From Thermoplasmatota archaeon (GTDB lineage Archaea; Thermoplasmatota; E2; UBA202; DSCA01): a stretch of DNA of 53,019 bases. Below, piece after piece: positions 40,119 through 49,136 of this stretch. Location: NCBI GenBank assembly GCA_046498345.1, contig JAWOAW010000015.1, positions 1-53,019 on the forward strand, in the 5' to 3' direction. A program made the position numbers and the translations under genes. The number at the start of each line of letters is the position of its first letter. Within the stretch, counting starts at the first letter, position 1. The notes beneath the pieces are model-generated. The model had not been told where the DNA came from. It was given only the letters and a program-made list of their open reading frames with translations, and made no database searches.

Positions 40119-41172
40119 GGAGCTGGCCCGCGCCGTGGTGGAGCGCCTCCGCGAGCGGGATGAGCCGCTCACCGCGATGCACGTCTGCGGTACGCATCAG
40201 GACACCATCGTCCGGCACGGCCTGGACGGCCTGCTCCGGGAGTGTGACGTCCGCATCGTGCAGGGGCCGGGCTGCCCGGTGTGCGTGACCACGCCCCGCG
40301 AGATAGAGATGGCGATTGCCCTGGCCGAGGCCGGCGTGACCGTGGCCACCTTTGGGGACATGCTCCGGGTGCCCGGCGCCGAGACGTCGCTGCAGACGGC
40401 CAAGGCAAGGGGCGCCGACGTCCGCGTGGTCTACGACATCAACGAGGCCGTGAAGCTGGCGGAGCAGGGCGCCGAGGTTGTTTTCATTGCCGTCGGGTTC
40501 GAGACCACGGCGCCGACGACCGCCGCTGCGCTGCTCCGCGACCTGCCGGATGGGTTTTCCGTGCTGAGCTGCCACCGGGTGATCCCGCCGGCCATGGAGG
40601 CCATCCTTGCAGCGGGCGAGGTCGCCCTGGACGGGCTCATCGACCCCGGCCACGTGTCGGTCATCATCGGCACCTTGCCGTACGAGGGCATCTCCCGCCG
40701 GCATGGCATCCCGCAGGTCGTCGCCGGGTTTGAGCCCGTCGACGTGCTGATGGCCATCTGGATGCTCGCCCGCCAGGTCGACGAGGGCCGGAGCCAGGTG
40801 GAAAACGAGTACCGGCGGGCCGTTTCCCGGGAGGGAAACCCCCGGGCATTGCAGGCCATCGACGAGGTGTTCGAGCCCGTGGACGCGTCGTGGCGCGGGT
40901 TTCCCGTGATCCCCGGCTCGAAGCTGGCGCTCCGTCCGCGCTTCGAGGAGCAGGATGCGGCGAGGCGCTACGAGGACCTGCTGGCCCCGGTGATGGACAG
41001 GGATTTCGAGGAGCCTCCAGGATGTATATGCGGCGACGTGTTGCGGGGCGTCTGCCCGCCGGAGGAATGCGCCCTTTTTGGCAAAAAATGTACGCCGCGG
41101 CATCCCGTGGGGCCGTGCATGGTGTCCCGGGAGGGCTCGTGCAACATCGCGTTCAGGTATAGCCATGATTGA
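40099..41172 (+). CDS. hypD: Hydrogenase maturation protein HypD
   Basis: MHVCGTHQDTI, GPGCPVCVT, FETTAPT, and the C-terminal Cys cluster CICGDVLRGVCPPEECALFGKKCTPRHPVGPCMVSREGSC. Confidence 0.95.
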   Translation: MFQLRDRELARAVVERLRERDEPLTAMHVCGTHQDTIVRHGLDGLLRECDVRIVQGPGCPVCVTTPREIEMAIALAEAGVTVATFGDMLRVPGAETSLQTAKARGADVRVVYDINEAVKLAEQGAEVVFIAVGFETTAPTTAAALLRDLPDGFSVLSCHRVIPPAMEAILAAGEVALDGLIDPGHVSVIIGTLPYEGISRRHGIPQVVAGFEPVDVLMAIWMLARQVDEGRSQVENEYRRAVSREGNPRALQAIDEVFEPVDASWRGFPVIPGSKLALRPRFEEQDAARRYEDLLAPVMDRDFEEPPGCICGDVLRGVCPPEECALFGKKCTPRHPVGPCMVSREGSCNIAFRYSHD

Positions 41173-41476
41173 CGTTACCACCGGCACCATCGAGGAAAAA
41201 ATCATCAAGACGGTGCAGGAGCGCTATCCCATTACCATGGAGGAGCTCTGCCGGGAGCTGCATCTCTCCAGGGAGCAGATGCGCTTCGAATTGCACCGGC
41301 TGCAGTCCCGGGGTATCCTGTCGCTGGAGCCGTTGCCCGACGCCACCTATGTCCGCCTTGAGCGGCATGACATCCGGTTCGTGGGGCGACGGCATCAGGA
41401 GGCGTTCATAAAGCGGAAAAAGCGGCGGCCCGCTGTTTCGGACGAGGAGGACGACGATGGCATCATGTACGGATAG
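41165..41476 (+). CDS. Small winged-helix-like protein with basic then acidic tail ending in MYG
   Basis: MIDVTTGTIEEKIIKTVQERYPITMEELCRELHLSREQMRFELHRLQSRGILSLEP... KRKKRRPAVSDEEDDDGIMYG. It overlaps hypD by 8 nt. Confidence 0.5.
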   Translation: MIDVTTGTIEEKIIKTVQERYPITMEELCRELHLSREQMRFELHRLQSRGILSLEPLPDATYVRLERHDIRFVGRRHQEAFIKRKKRRPAVSDEEDDDGIMYG

Positions 41477-42164
41477 ACAGCTCGGCCGCCGTCATCTGGA
41501 GCAGCTCGAGCGGTACGAGCGGTACTGGTGGAACGAGGATGACGAGGACGACTACCACATGGCGATGTCGCGGCCGTTCAGCGCCCTGATCTTTACGCTG
41601 CTGTCCCAGAACACCTCCTCGGAGAACACGCGACGGGCGTACCGTGGTTTGCGCGGCAGCTTCGAGGTCACGCCCCGGGCGCTCCGCGATGCCGACGGGG
41701 AGGCCATCGCCACGGCGATTAAGCCCGGCGGCCTGCATCATGTAAAGGCCGGGCGTATCAAAGCATTGGCCGCTTTTATCCTCGATGCATATGATGGCGA
41801 CCTGGGCTGGACGTACGACCTGCCGCGTGAAACGGTCCGTCGGCGGCTGCTGGCGATGCCGGGCATTGGCCCCAAGACGGCCGACGTGCTGCTGTCCCAC
41901 ATCCACGGTCAGCGGGAGGCCTTCGTGGTGGACACCCACATGTTCCGCATCGCCTTCCGGTTGGGGCTCGTCGAGCCTGGTGCCTCCTACGCGAGGGTGC
42001 AGCGCTGTCTCACCCTGCTGTTTCCCTGGGATGTCATCCCGGAGGGAGAGCGGGACCGCATGGTGCAGCTCTTCTGGTTTCTGGCGCGGCATACGTGCAG
42101 CGCCCGCAATCCGCGCTGCCCGGAGTGCCCGCTGGCGGACATCTGCGATCAGCGGCTAGAATGA
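41457..42164 (+). CDS. nth: Endonuclease III / HhH-GPD family DNA glycosylase with 4Fe-4S cluster
   Basis: LLSQNTS, LLAMPGIGPKTADVLL, VDTHMFRI, CSARNPRCPECPLADIC. Confidence 0.85.
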   Translation: MASCTDRQLGRRHLEQLERYERYWWNEDDEDDYHMAMSRPFSALIFTLLSQNTSSENTRRAYRGLRGSFEVTPRALRDADGEAIATAIKPGGLHHVKAGRIKALAAFILDAYDGDLGWTYDLPRETVRRRLLAMPGIGPKTADVLLSHIHGQREAFVVDTHMFRIAFRLGLVEPGASYARVQRCLTLLFPWDVIPEGERDRMVQLFWFLARHTCSARNPRCPECPLADICDQRLE

Positions 42165-43028
42165 GTCCCCGGTTATCTGCTCGTAGATGTCGATGTAGAG
42201 CTGGCTGGCTTCTCTGGCGACGTCGTCCGGCAGCGGCGGTATCTCCGGCTCCGGCTGGTCGTTTTCGCGCGCTTTTTTGAGCCTGTCGTAGTAGCCGCTT
42301 TCGCGGTAGTGGGCGCGGACGAACTCCTTGCTGCGTTCCTCGAAGACGCCCTGCTGGTATTTGTCGGCGTCCCAGAAGCGGTCTTCGTCGGGGGTGCCGA
42401 AGGTGTCGACGAGCACCAGGTCGCGCTGGTCGTCGAGGGCGAACTCTTTTTTGCCGTCGACGTGGATGAGCCCGCGTTTTTGCACGGTTTCGTTCATGTG
42501 CCGGTCGATGGCGAGGACGGTTTCCTTGACGTGCTCGAGCTCGTCCCGGCTGAGGCTGGCGATGTCCATGGCTTCCTCTTCGGTGAGCTTGCGGTCGTAT
42601 TCCTCGAACTTGGTGGTGAACTCGACGATGGGCTCCGGCAGCTCGTCGCCGTAGTCCATGCCCTGGCCTTTGAACCGCTCGTACAGGGAGCCGGCCACGT
42701 AGTAGCGGGCGATGACCTCGAGCGGTATCATGCAGCCGGTGCTTTTCTCGTCGAGACGGTCGTAGTCGGTGATGATGTCGAACTTGTTGACTCGCATCCG
42801 GTTGCCTTCGGCGCTGATGAAGTGGGTGTTGACCCCGAGGTCTTCGCACCGCTGGAACCAGAAGGCGGAGATGCGGCAGAGCACCTCGCCCTTGTGGTCG
42901 ATGGTGGTGGGGATGACCTTGTCGAAGACGGAGACGTCGTCGGTGAACACGAACTCGAGTGTGCCGTCGTGCAGGTCGTAGGCCTCCTTGACTTTTCCCT
43001 TTCGCATCAGTGTTTTTGTGTCGCTCAT
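42156..43028 (-). CDS. purC: Phosphoribosylaminoimidazole-succinocarboxamide (SAICAR) synthase
   Basis: KGKVKEAYDL...VSVFDKVIP..., IPLEVIARYYVAGS, LVLVDTFGTPDEDRFWD. Confidence 0.95.
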   Translation of the reverse strand: MSDTKTLMRKGKVKEAYDLHDGTLEFVFTDDVSVFDKVIPTTIDHKGEVLCRISAFWFQRCEDLGVNTHFISAEGNRMRVNKFDIITDYDRLDEKSTGCMIPLEVIARYYVAGSLYERFKGQGMDYGDELPEPIVEFTTKFEEYDRKLTEEEAMDIASLSRDELEHVKETVLAIDRHMNETVQKRGLIHVDGKKEFALDDQRDLVLVDTFGTPDEDRFWDADKYQQGVFEERSKEFVRAHYRESGYYDRLKKARENDQPEPEIPPLPDDVAREASQLYIDIYEQITGDSF

Positions 43029-43332
43029 GGAGGCGTATCCTGCGCCCTTACTAATATTTTTTCGGATGCCGCCGTCGGCCGGGAATGGCGGGGGTCGAGC
43101 GCCCGGCAGAAACCGAATCGTTTATATATGTGCATGCCTATTGCTATAATGATAGCAAAGTGCTATCAAAACAAGCTGGGGGGAGGACATAGAATAGCTC
43201 TCTACCCCGGGTGGCGTACCCGCCACCTCTCCCCCCGCCCCTTTTTCATATGATTCTCATAGCATAAAATGTGCACGTGGCAGAACGACCGGCACCGCAG
43301 CTACCGCCGGAACTGGTCCGGTGGAAAAGAGA

Positions 43333-43425
43333 GGCCCGGGCCGGGATTTTCATACGCATGACGCGATTTTGAACCCGAGACAGGGGATCCACAGTCCCCT
43401 ATGTTGCCGCTACACTACCCGGGCC
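43333..43425 (-). tRNA. tRNA-His(GUG) with encoded G-1 and a 21-nt non-canonical insertion (intron) in the T-loop
   Basis: Reverse strand: G(-1)-GCCCGGG-UA-GUGU-AGCGGCA-ACAU-A-GGGGA-CUGUGGA-UCCCC-UGUC-UCGGG-UUCAAA[AUCGCGUCAUGCGUAUGAAAA]U-CCCGG-CCCGGGC-C. All four stems pair, and G-1 lies opposite C73. Confidence 0.8.
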
Positions 43426-43465
43426 ACACCACAGGGAATGCCTCCCCGTATTTTACTATTTCGGG

Positions 43466-44281
43466 CTACCCCGCCAGAAACGCGGTCAACGCGAACAGCG
43501 CGAACAAAACAATCATCTCGCCGTCCACCAAAAACCCGTAATGGCTCTTCGGAATCCGGTCGCCCCGGCACAGATACAGGATATAGAAATAGCTGTACGC
43601 CACGCTGAACACCAGCACCGGCAGATACAGCACGAACACAGAAAAATGCACCGCCATGAGCAGCCACGGTACCAACAGCGAGTTCACCGCCAGCAGCAGC
43701 AGCCTCGTGTTGCCCACCCCGAGCCGCACGGGAATCGTGTCAACGCCCACCGCCGCGTCACCCGCTACGTCCCGGGTGTCAAACACCACCGTGTTCACCA
43801 TTCCCTTCACAAAGATAAACGAAAACACCAGCAGACAACGCAGCCAGTCAAATCCCAGCACCGCGGGCAGCAGCGCCGCCTCCAGGCCAAACGACAGCGA
43901 CACCGTCACATTCTTCCCCACCAGGTAGTCCTTCAACCGCTTGGCGCCGACGGGCGTGCTGTACAGAATACCCAGGATGAGCGGCACCAGCAGCACCGGG
44001 ACCGCAAACAGGCTCACCGTGGCCCCCAGCACCAGGGCGCCGCCATACGCGCCCAGGGCAACCGCCAGCAGGTGATTGGTATCGCTCAGAAAATACGCTT
44101 CCCGCTCCGGCATGTTCACCGCGTCCTCCCCCCTGTCGGTCACCACGTTGAAGGTGTACACGCCCATGGTGACCAGAAACGCGCCGGCGAGCAGCGCCGG
44201 ATGAAAACTGATGCCGTACAGCATAAACGCTATGGCTGCGACGGCGGTGCTGCTCGCCGCTACGATGAGCGGTGAGTACAC
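43466..44281 (-). CDS. UbiA-family prenyltransferase (polytopic membrane protein)
   Basis: First Asp-rich motif NVVTDRGED (N-x3-D-x3-D), second DTRDVAGD. About 8 TM helices. GTG start. The substrate cannot be assigned. Confidence 0.75.
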   Translation of the reverse strand: MYSPLIVAASSTAVAAIAFMLYGISFHPALLAGAFLVTMGVYTFNVVTDRGEDAVNMPEREAYFLSDTNHLLAVALGAYGGALVLGATVSLFAVPVLLVPLILGILYSTPVGAKRLKDYLVGKNVTVSLSFGLEAALLPAVLGFDWLRCLLVFSFIFVKGMVNTVVFDTRDVAGDAAVGVDTIPVRLGVGNTRLLLLAVNSLLVPWLLMAVHFSVFVLYLPVLVFSVAYSYFYILYLCRGDRIPKSHYGFLVDGEMIVLFALFALTAFLAG

Positions 44282-44321
44282 CAGCAGCGAAACGATTGCA
44301 TCGAGCCACGCAGCCGCGAGC

Positions 44322-45143
44322 TCAGATATCCTCCAATACCACGAGCCGCGCCCGGCTCTTGTAGTATTTGAATAGCTCTCTACCCCAATTTATCGCCCCT
44401 TTGTCTCGGCTCACGAGGTCGTGAGCCGCGTCATAGATGCCGTCCTGGCCGAATAGCCCCAAAGCCAGAATGGAATCAGTGACCGTAAACGCCACCTCCA
44501 CCGTCTCGTCCAGCCGCCAGATGGAAAGATTGTCGTTTTCCATGATGCTGCCGAAGCCCTCTCTGTCGAAGTCGACCAGTTCCTCCAATACCTCGCCGGT
44601 GACAACCAGCTGGACCGTTGCATCGTTCGCCAGCAGCTTTTTCACCAGGGGAACAAATGCATCAACGAAGATAGGCGAGACCCCCTGGAACATGCGCGCC
44701 TGCTTGGTGAGCTCCTTGTACACGGTCAGCGTCTTGAAGATGTTGCGGACGCTCGACGTCAGAATCTCGAAGTCGCCGATCTCGTGCAGGCGGCTCAGAA
44801 ACGGCTCCGGGATGGCCCCCAGGTTGTGCGTCAGCCAGAAGTCCTTTCCCCGATCGAGCACGTCCATGGTGTATATGGTGTCCTCCAGCTTGGCGGCGAC
44901 GACGCTGCCCACAGAGGTAAGATGGTACCCGTCTTCTTTTTCCACTAACAGGTCCTCTTTTTCGAGGTCGCGGGCGGCATGGATGACGCTCGAGGCGCTG
45001 GCGCCGATTTCGTCGCGCAGCACGCTCGACGTTTTTGGCTGCTCCTGCAGGCCGAGCATGATCTTCGTCCTCACCTTGGAAGAAGTTATGAACTTGAGCG
45101 TTTCGCCTACCGCATCGTGGGCGTCGTAACTCTTCCTCCCCAT
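44322..45143 (-). CDS. Archaeal wHTH transcriptional regulator with DUF1724 (FilR1-like) C-terminal domain
   Basis: KFITSSKVRTKIMLGLQEQPKTSSVLRDEIGASASSVIHAARDLEKEDLLV (wHTH), then a roughly 180-aa sensor-like domain (FWLTHNLGAIPEPFL...). Confidence 0.7.
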   Translation of the reverse strand: MGRKSYDAHDAVGETLKFITSSKVRTKIMLGLQEQPKTSSVLRDEIGASASSVIHAARDLEKEDLLVEKEDGYHLTSVGSVVAAKLEDTIYTMDVLDRGKDFWLTHNLGAIPEPFLSRLHEIGDFEILTSSVRNIFKTLTVYKELTKQARMFQGVSPIFVDAFVPLVKKLLANDATVQLVVTGEVLEELVDFDREGFGSIMENDNLSIWRLDETVEVAFTVTDSILALGLFGQDGIYDAAHDLVSRDKGAINWGRELFKYYKSRARLVVLEDI

Positions 45144-45268
45144 GCAGGCCCAATATTGGCCTGCTGGTATTTATAATATTCGAAGTTGTATATATTGCAT
45201 ACGGTTGACAAAATTGTGCTACGCAGACAACCCGTTCTCGAAGGAACGGCGCTGCCAGCATGCGGCGG

Positions 45269-45670
45269 TCAGGCCAGCAGCCGGTTTACGACCTCGCCCA
45301 GCCGGGGGACCGTGTCATATCGCTCAAGGGAGGACGGTGCCACCCATCGGTACTCCCGGTGCTCCCAGTCGATGGAGACATCCCGGCGCGTGGCGGTGAA
45401 CAAAAACGGGTGGACGCGCCATTGGACCTCATTTGATTCATCGGTGAATGCGACGGGCGACACGGTTTTTTCCAGCCTGACCTCGCTCCGGCCCAGGCCG
45501 GTTTCCTCCTCGATTTCGGTGTAGGCTCGCTCCTCCGGGACGTCGCCCTTTTCGAGGTAGCCGGAGACGCAGGCCCATTTGCCCCGGTAGGTGCGCACCC
45601 GGCTGCTCCGCCTGAGCAGCAGCACGTCCCCGTGATGCGTGACCACGGCGGTGACCACGTCGGTGGTCAT
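45269..45670 (-). CDS. Nudix hydrolase
   Basis: Nudix box GKWACVSGYLEKGDVPEERAYTEIEEETGL. Confidence 0.85.
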   Translation of the reverse strand: MTTDVVTAVVTHHGDVLLLRRSSRVRTYRGKWACVSGYLEKGDVPEERAYTEIEEETGLGRSEVRLEKTVSPVAFTDESNEVQWRVHPFLFTATRRDVSIDWEHREYRWVAPSSLERYDTVPRLGEVVNRLLA

Positions 45671-47472
45671 CGAGGCCGCATCGTGATGTCCCGGTTGGAG
45701 GCGATGGCGTTCATGATGGCCTTCCCCTGGGTGCTGCGCCGCCTGACCTTGATGGTGCCCTCCTGTGACAGGGTGCCGGCCAGCAGGAGCTCGTCGCCGC
45801 CCATGATGTCGACCTCTTTGCCGGCGTGGCCCGGCCCTGCATCGAGAACAACGTTGTTTTGCTGCTTGATGACGTTGGGCCGTATCTCCGACTTCTTGAG
45901 CGGCTTCACGTTGAGCTTGATGCCCGCCTCGTCCTCGATGCTGGCGATGGTCTTGCCGCCCTTGCCGATGATGTGGGGAATGTTTTCCTCTTCCACGTAG
46001 ACGTTGGCGGAGTTGCCCGACGTTATCTCGCAGTCGACGACGCCGTCTATCCAGCGGCTGACGATGTGGCGCAGCTGCCGTTCAGCCAGCTTGCCGGAGC
46101 CCGTGGTTTTCTCCTCGCGCTCCTGGATGGCCATGACCACGACCTGCTCGCCGTAGGTGTATATCTCGTAGAGGGCCTTCTGCGTGTTGAAGTCCTTGAC
46201 CATGATGACCGGGCGGGCCAGGTCGGCCTCCTCCATGCCGGCGGGCAGCTTCACGGTGAACTCCATCTCCAGGATCTGCTCTATCTGGCCGCCGTTGATA
46301 TGGATGATGGTGTCCGTCACCTGGGGGATCATGCCCAGCTCCACGCGGCCGATGAGCCGCTGGATGGCGTCGATGGCCCGGTTTGCATGGGTGACCCCGA
46401 TGAGCCCCATGCCGGCCAGGCGCATGTCCGCGAAAATTCGGAAATCCTCGCCCTTCCGCACCTCGTCGAACACCACGAAGTCAGGCCGGACGAGCAGCAG
46501 GATGTCCGAGGTGAGCTCCATGTCGTCCTCCAGCGGTCCATACTGGGTTATCTCCTCGTTGACCTGCAGGTCCCGCGGGCTCTCCATGGTTTTCACCACG
46601 GCGCCCTGCTCATGCAGATATTCGGCCACGGCCTGCGCAAACGTGGACTTGCCCGAGCCCGGGGGGCCCGACACGAGCACGCCGCGCCGGAAGTTCGACA
46701 GCCGGCTCTTGGTCTCCTCGTCAAGGTCGTAGTCGTCAAGGTCGAGCTTGACAACGGGCCGGGTGGCCGTGATCTCGAAGCGGTCGGAAAACCGCGGGCG
46801 GGCGATGACCACCCGCATGGCCTCCAGCTGCACCACGGTGACACCCTTCCGCTCGATCTCCAGGAAGCTGTTCTTCTCCCGCTTGGCCGCCTCGATGATA
46901 TGCCGGCTCATGGTCTCCATGTCCCGCTCAGACAGGCTGCGATGCCCCGCGGGCTCGAAGGTGAAGTTGCCGGGCACCCCTCGTTTGACGTAGGGGCGGC
47001 AGCCCTCCCGCAGGTGGACGCTCATGACGTCATCCTCGAAATATTTCTGGAAGCGCAGCGACTCGATTTCCTGCTCAGCCGAAACAGATGCAGGGCGCAT
47101 GTAATGCGTCTTGAGTCCCTTCGCCTCGGCGACGTGTGCCTGCAATCGGTCGGAGGTGCAGAGCGTCGCGCCCTCCTGCTCCGATACCTTTCTGATGATG
47201 GCGTCGATTTCGCCGACGGGACGGGTCTCCTCCATGGTGGGCCGTTCGCCGGTGAAACGCAGGTCGATGTCTCCTTTCCGGTGGAATCCCTGCAGGCGAA
47301 CGATTTCGTCGAGGCCGCTGAGGCCGCTTTCAAACCCTTCGTTGGCCTGGTATTCAAGCTCGGCGACCACGGCCTCGGGGATGATGATCTCTGCTCCTGC
47401 GAACTCGCCGTCTTCGATGAGACTGGTGACCCGGCCATCCACGATGACCGATGTATCCGGTACGATTTTCAT
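45667..47472 (-). CDS. PIN domain / PilT-like ATPase / KH domain protein (COG1855 type)
   Basis: N-terminal PIN MKIVPDTSVIVDG, Walker A VSGPPGSGKSTFAQ, C-terminal KH IIGKGGKTIASIEDEAGIKL. ATGA overlap with the Nudix gene. Confidence 0.85.
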   Translation of the reverse strand: MKIVPDTSVIVDGRVTSLIEDGEFAGAEIIIPEAVVAELEYQANEGFESGLSGLDEIVRLQGFHRKGDIDLRFTGERPTMEETRPVGEIDAIIRKVSEQEGATLCTSDRLQAHVAEAKGLKTHYMRPASVSAEQEIESLRFQKYFEDDVMSVHLREGCRPYVKRGVPGNFTFEPAGHRSLSERDMETMSRHIIEAAKREKNSFLEIERKGVTVVQLEAMRVVIARPRFSDRFEITATRPVVKLDLDDYDLDEETKSRLSNFRRGVLVSGPPGSGKSTFAQAVAEYLHEQGAVVKTMESPRDLQVNEEITQYGPLEDDMELTSDILLLVRPDFVVFDEVRKGEDFRIFADMRLAGMGLIGVTHANRAIDAIQRLIGRVELGMIPQVTDTIIHINGGQIEQILEMEFTVKLPAGMEEADLARPVIMVKDFNTQKALYEIYTYGEQVVVMAIQEREEKTTGSGKLAERQLRHIVSRWIDGVVDCEITSGNSANVYVEEENIPHIIGKGGKTIASIEDEAGIKLNVKPLKKSEIRPNVIKQQNNVVLDAGPGHAGKEVDIMGGDELLLAGTLSQEGTIKVRRRSTQGKAIMNAIASNRDITMRPR

Positions 47473-47519
47473 TGTTTCTCGACGGGCAAACGTCCACGTG
47501 ATATAAAACTATTGGTGAA

Positions 47520-47593
47520 TGGGCCCGGCCGGATTTGAACCGACGACCATCTGGTTATGAGCCAGACGCTCCACCAGCCTAAGCTACGGGCCC
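47520..47593 (-). tRNA. tRNA with anticodon CAU (elongator Met or Ile2), no intron
   Basis: GGGCCCG-UA-GCUU-AGGCUGGUG-GAGC-G-UCUGG-CUCAUAA-CCAGA-UGGUC-GUCGG-UUCAAAU-CCGGC-CGGGCCC-A; 74 nt. Confidence 0.9.
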
Positions 47594-47650
47594 CATGGCG
47601 TCCGTGATTCCATATTCGGCCCGAATATAAAAAACTGGCTGTTTCCGCGG

Positions 47651-49096
47651 CTAGACCACAAACGCGACCAGGGGAACCAGCAGCATGAGCACGCTGACCA
47701 CGGCCACGATAAGCTGCCACCGGCTCAGGCGATATCGCTCGGGGAGCACCCGCTGCGTCATGTAGACGGCGCCGGCGCCGTAGATGACGACGCCGACCAC
47801 GCCGATGAACAGCAATGTCAGCGACAGCAGCAGCAAAACCGATATGCCCGCGTATACCAGCAGGGACAGCAGGATGCCCAGCCCGAGCACGTAGGCCATC
47901 AGATACACCAGGAAGCGTCGGTAGGGCAGCCGGCCGATGACGTTGACGTGCCGCCCGGTCTCGTGGACCATTCGGGCCGCCGCTTCGAACCCGGCGTAGA
48001 CGGTGCCGAACAGGGCGAACACGATGCTGACCTGGTAGAGCGGCGTCAGCAGGCTGGCGGCATCCGGAGCTATCTGCACGAAGATTTCCTTCTGGTTGGT
48101 GAGCAGGTCCTGGTCGGTGGGGATGATGTGCTCCGGGCGGAACAACGCGGCGCCGGCCACCATGTAGGCGATGGAGACCACGGAGACGATGGCCAGGGCG
48201 ATGGCCAGGTCGACCACGATGGGGCGGAGCAGCAGCCGGGCTTTCGTCCGCTCGCCGGGGCTTTCCGGCAGGTAGTCGATATGCCCCGTGTCTTTGAAGC
48301 GCTGGAACAGGTTTTCCTGGAACCGGTCGGGGTCCTCCTGGTCTTTGAAGATGCCCCATCGCTTGATTTTTATCCAGCCGAGGTAGCCGACCAGGGGGAT
48401 GATGGTGACGGTCAGGGTGCCCAGGTAGCCGAGCATGACCAGGGGGATGGGTGGGCTGGTGAATCCCTCCACCTGGCTGACCCAGGCGGGGTAGCTGGGG
48501 ACGTCGCCAAACATAAAAAAATGGGGGATGACGTCGAGGAGGTCGGGCTGGATGACCAGGACGGATATCACGGCGCCGACGCCGAGCACCGCCACGAAAA
48601 ACGCCTGGGTGTGCTCCAGCAACCGGTACCGGCCGATGAGGACGAGGAGCAGGGCGACGGTGCAGAACCCGATGCCCCAGAGGAGGTAGTGGCCGACGCC
48701 GAATATCCAGGCCAGGGTCTGCCCCAGCGTGGTGATGATGGCCGCGGCGAACAAGGGCACGAAGAACAGGATGATGCCGATGAACAGCCAGTTGAGCCAG
48801 CCCCGCCTGGTCTTCAACGCGAAGATATCCATCAGGCTGACGCCGGAGAGCATCGTAAACCGGCAGCTTATGTAGGCGATGACGTAGGAGCCAACATTGA
48901 GCGTTATCAGCCAGAGTAATCGGTAGCCCGCCCACGCCCCGATCTGCGGCCCTATGATGAACTGGGCCTGTCCGATGGTCATGGACGCCAGCACCGCGCC
49001 GGGGCCAAAAAACAGCAGGTAGCCGAGATATTTGCGGACCGACGGCTTCCGGGTGACATGCTCGTGGGGCTCCGGAAAGGAAATGGTTTCTGGCAT
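47651..49096 (-). CDS. Polytopic membrane transporter, distantly Nramp-like (tentative)
   Basis: About 11-12 TM helices. The N-terminal LLFFGPGAVLASMTIGQAQ resembles the Nramp GPG...S...G region but lacks the DPGN motif. Confidence 0.45.
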   Translation of the reverse strand: MPETISFPEPHEHVTRKPSVRKYLGYLLFFGPGAVLASMTIGQAQFIIGPQIGAWAGYRLLWLITLNVGSYVIAYISCRFTMLSGVSLMDIFALKTRRGWLNWLFIGIILFFVPLFAAAIITTLGQTLAWIFGVGHYLLWGIGFCTVALLLVLIGRYRLLEHTQAFFVAVLGVGAVISVLVIQPDLLDVIPHFFMFGDVPSYPAWVSQVEGFTSPPIPLVMLGYLGTLTVTIIPLVGYLGWIKIKRWGIFKDQEDPDRFQENLFQRFKDTGHIDYLPESPGERTKARLLLRPIVVDLAIALAIVSVVSIAYMVAGAALFRPEHIIPTDQDLLTNQKEIFVQIAPDAASLLTPLYQVSIVFALFGTVYAGFEAAARMVHETGRHVNVIGRLPYRRFLVYLMAYVLGLGILLSLLVYAGISVLLLLSLTLLFIGVVGVVIYGAGAVYMTQRVLPERYRLSRWQLIVAVVSVLMLLVPLVAFVV

Positions 49097-49136
49097 GCAG
49101 CCAGCGAAACAGCCACCTGCTTTTAAATCTGTAGCT

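Noticed and set aside
43321-43667. ORFs 43321..43608 (+) and 43410..43667 (-)
   Set aside because: They overlap tRNA-His and the 3' end of the UbiA-family gene, and their composition is low-complexity.
45826-47538. 570-aa + strand ORF
   Set aside because: It is antisense to the PIN/ATPase/KH gene and runs into a tRNA gene.
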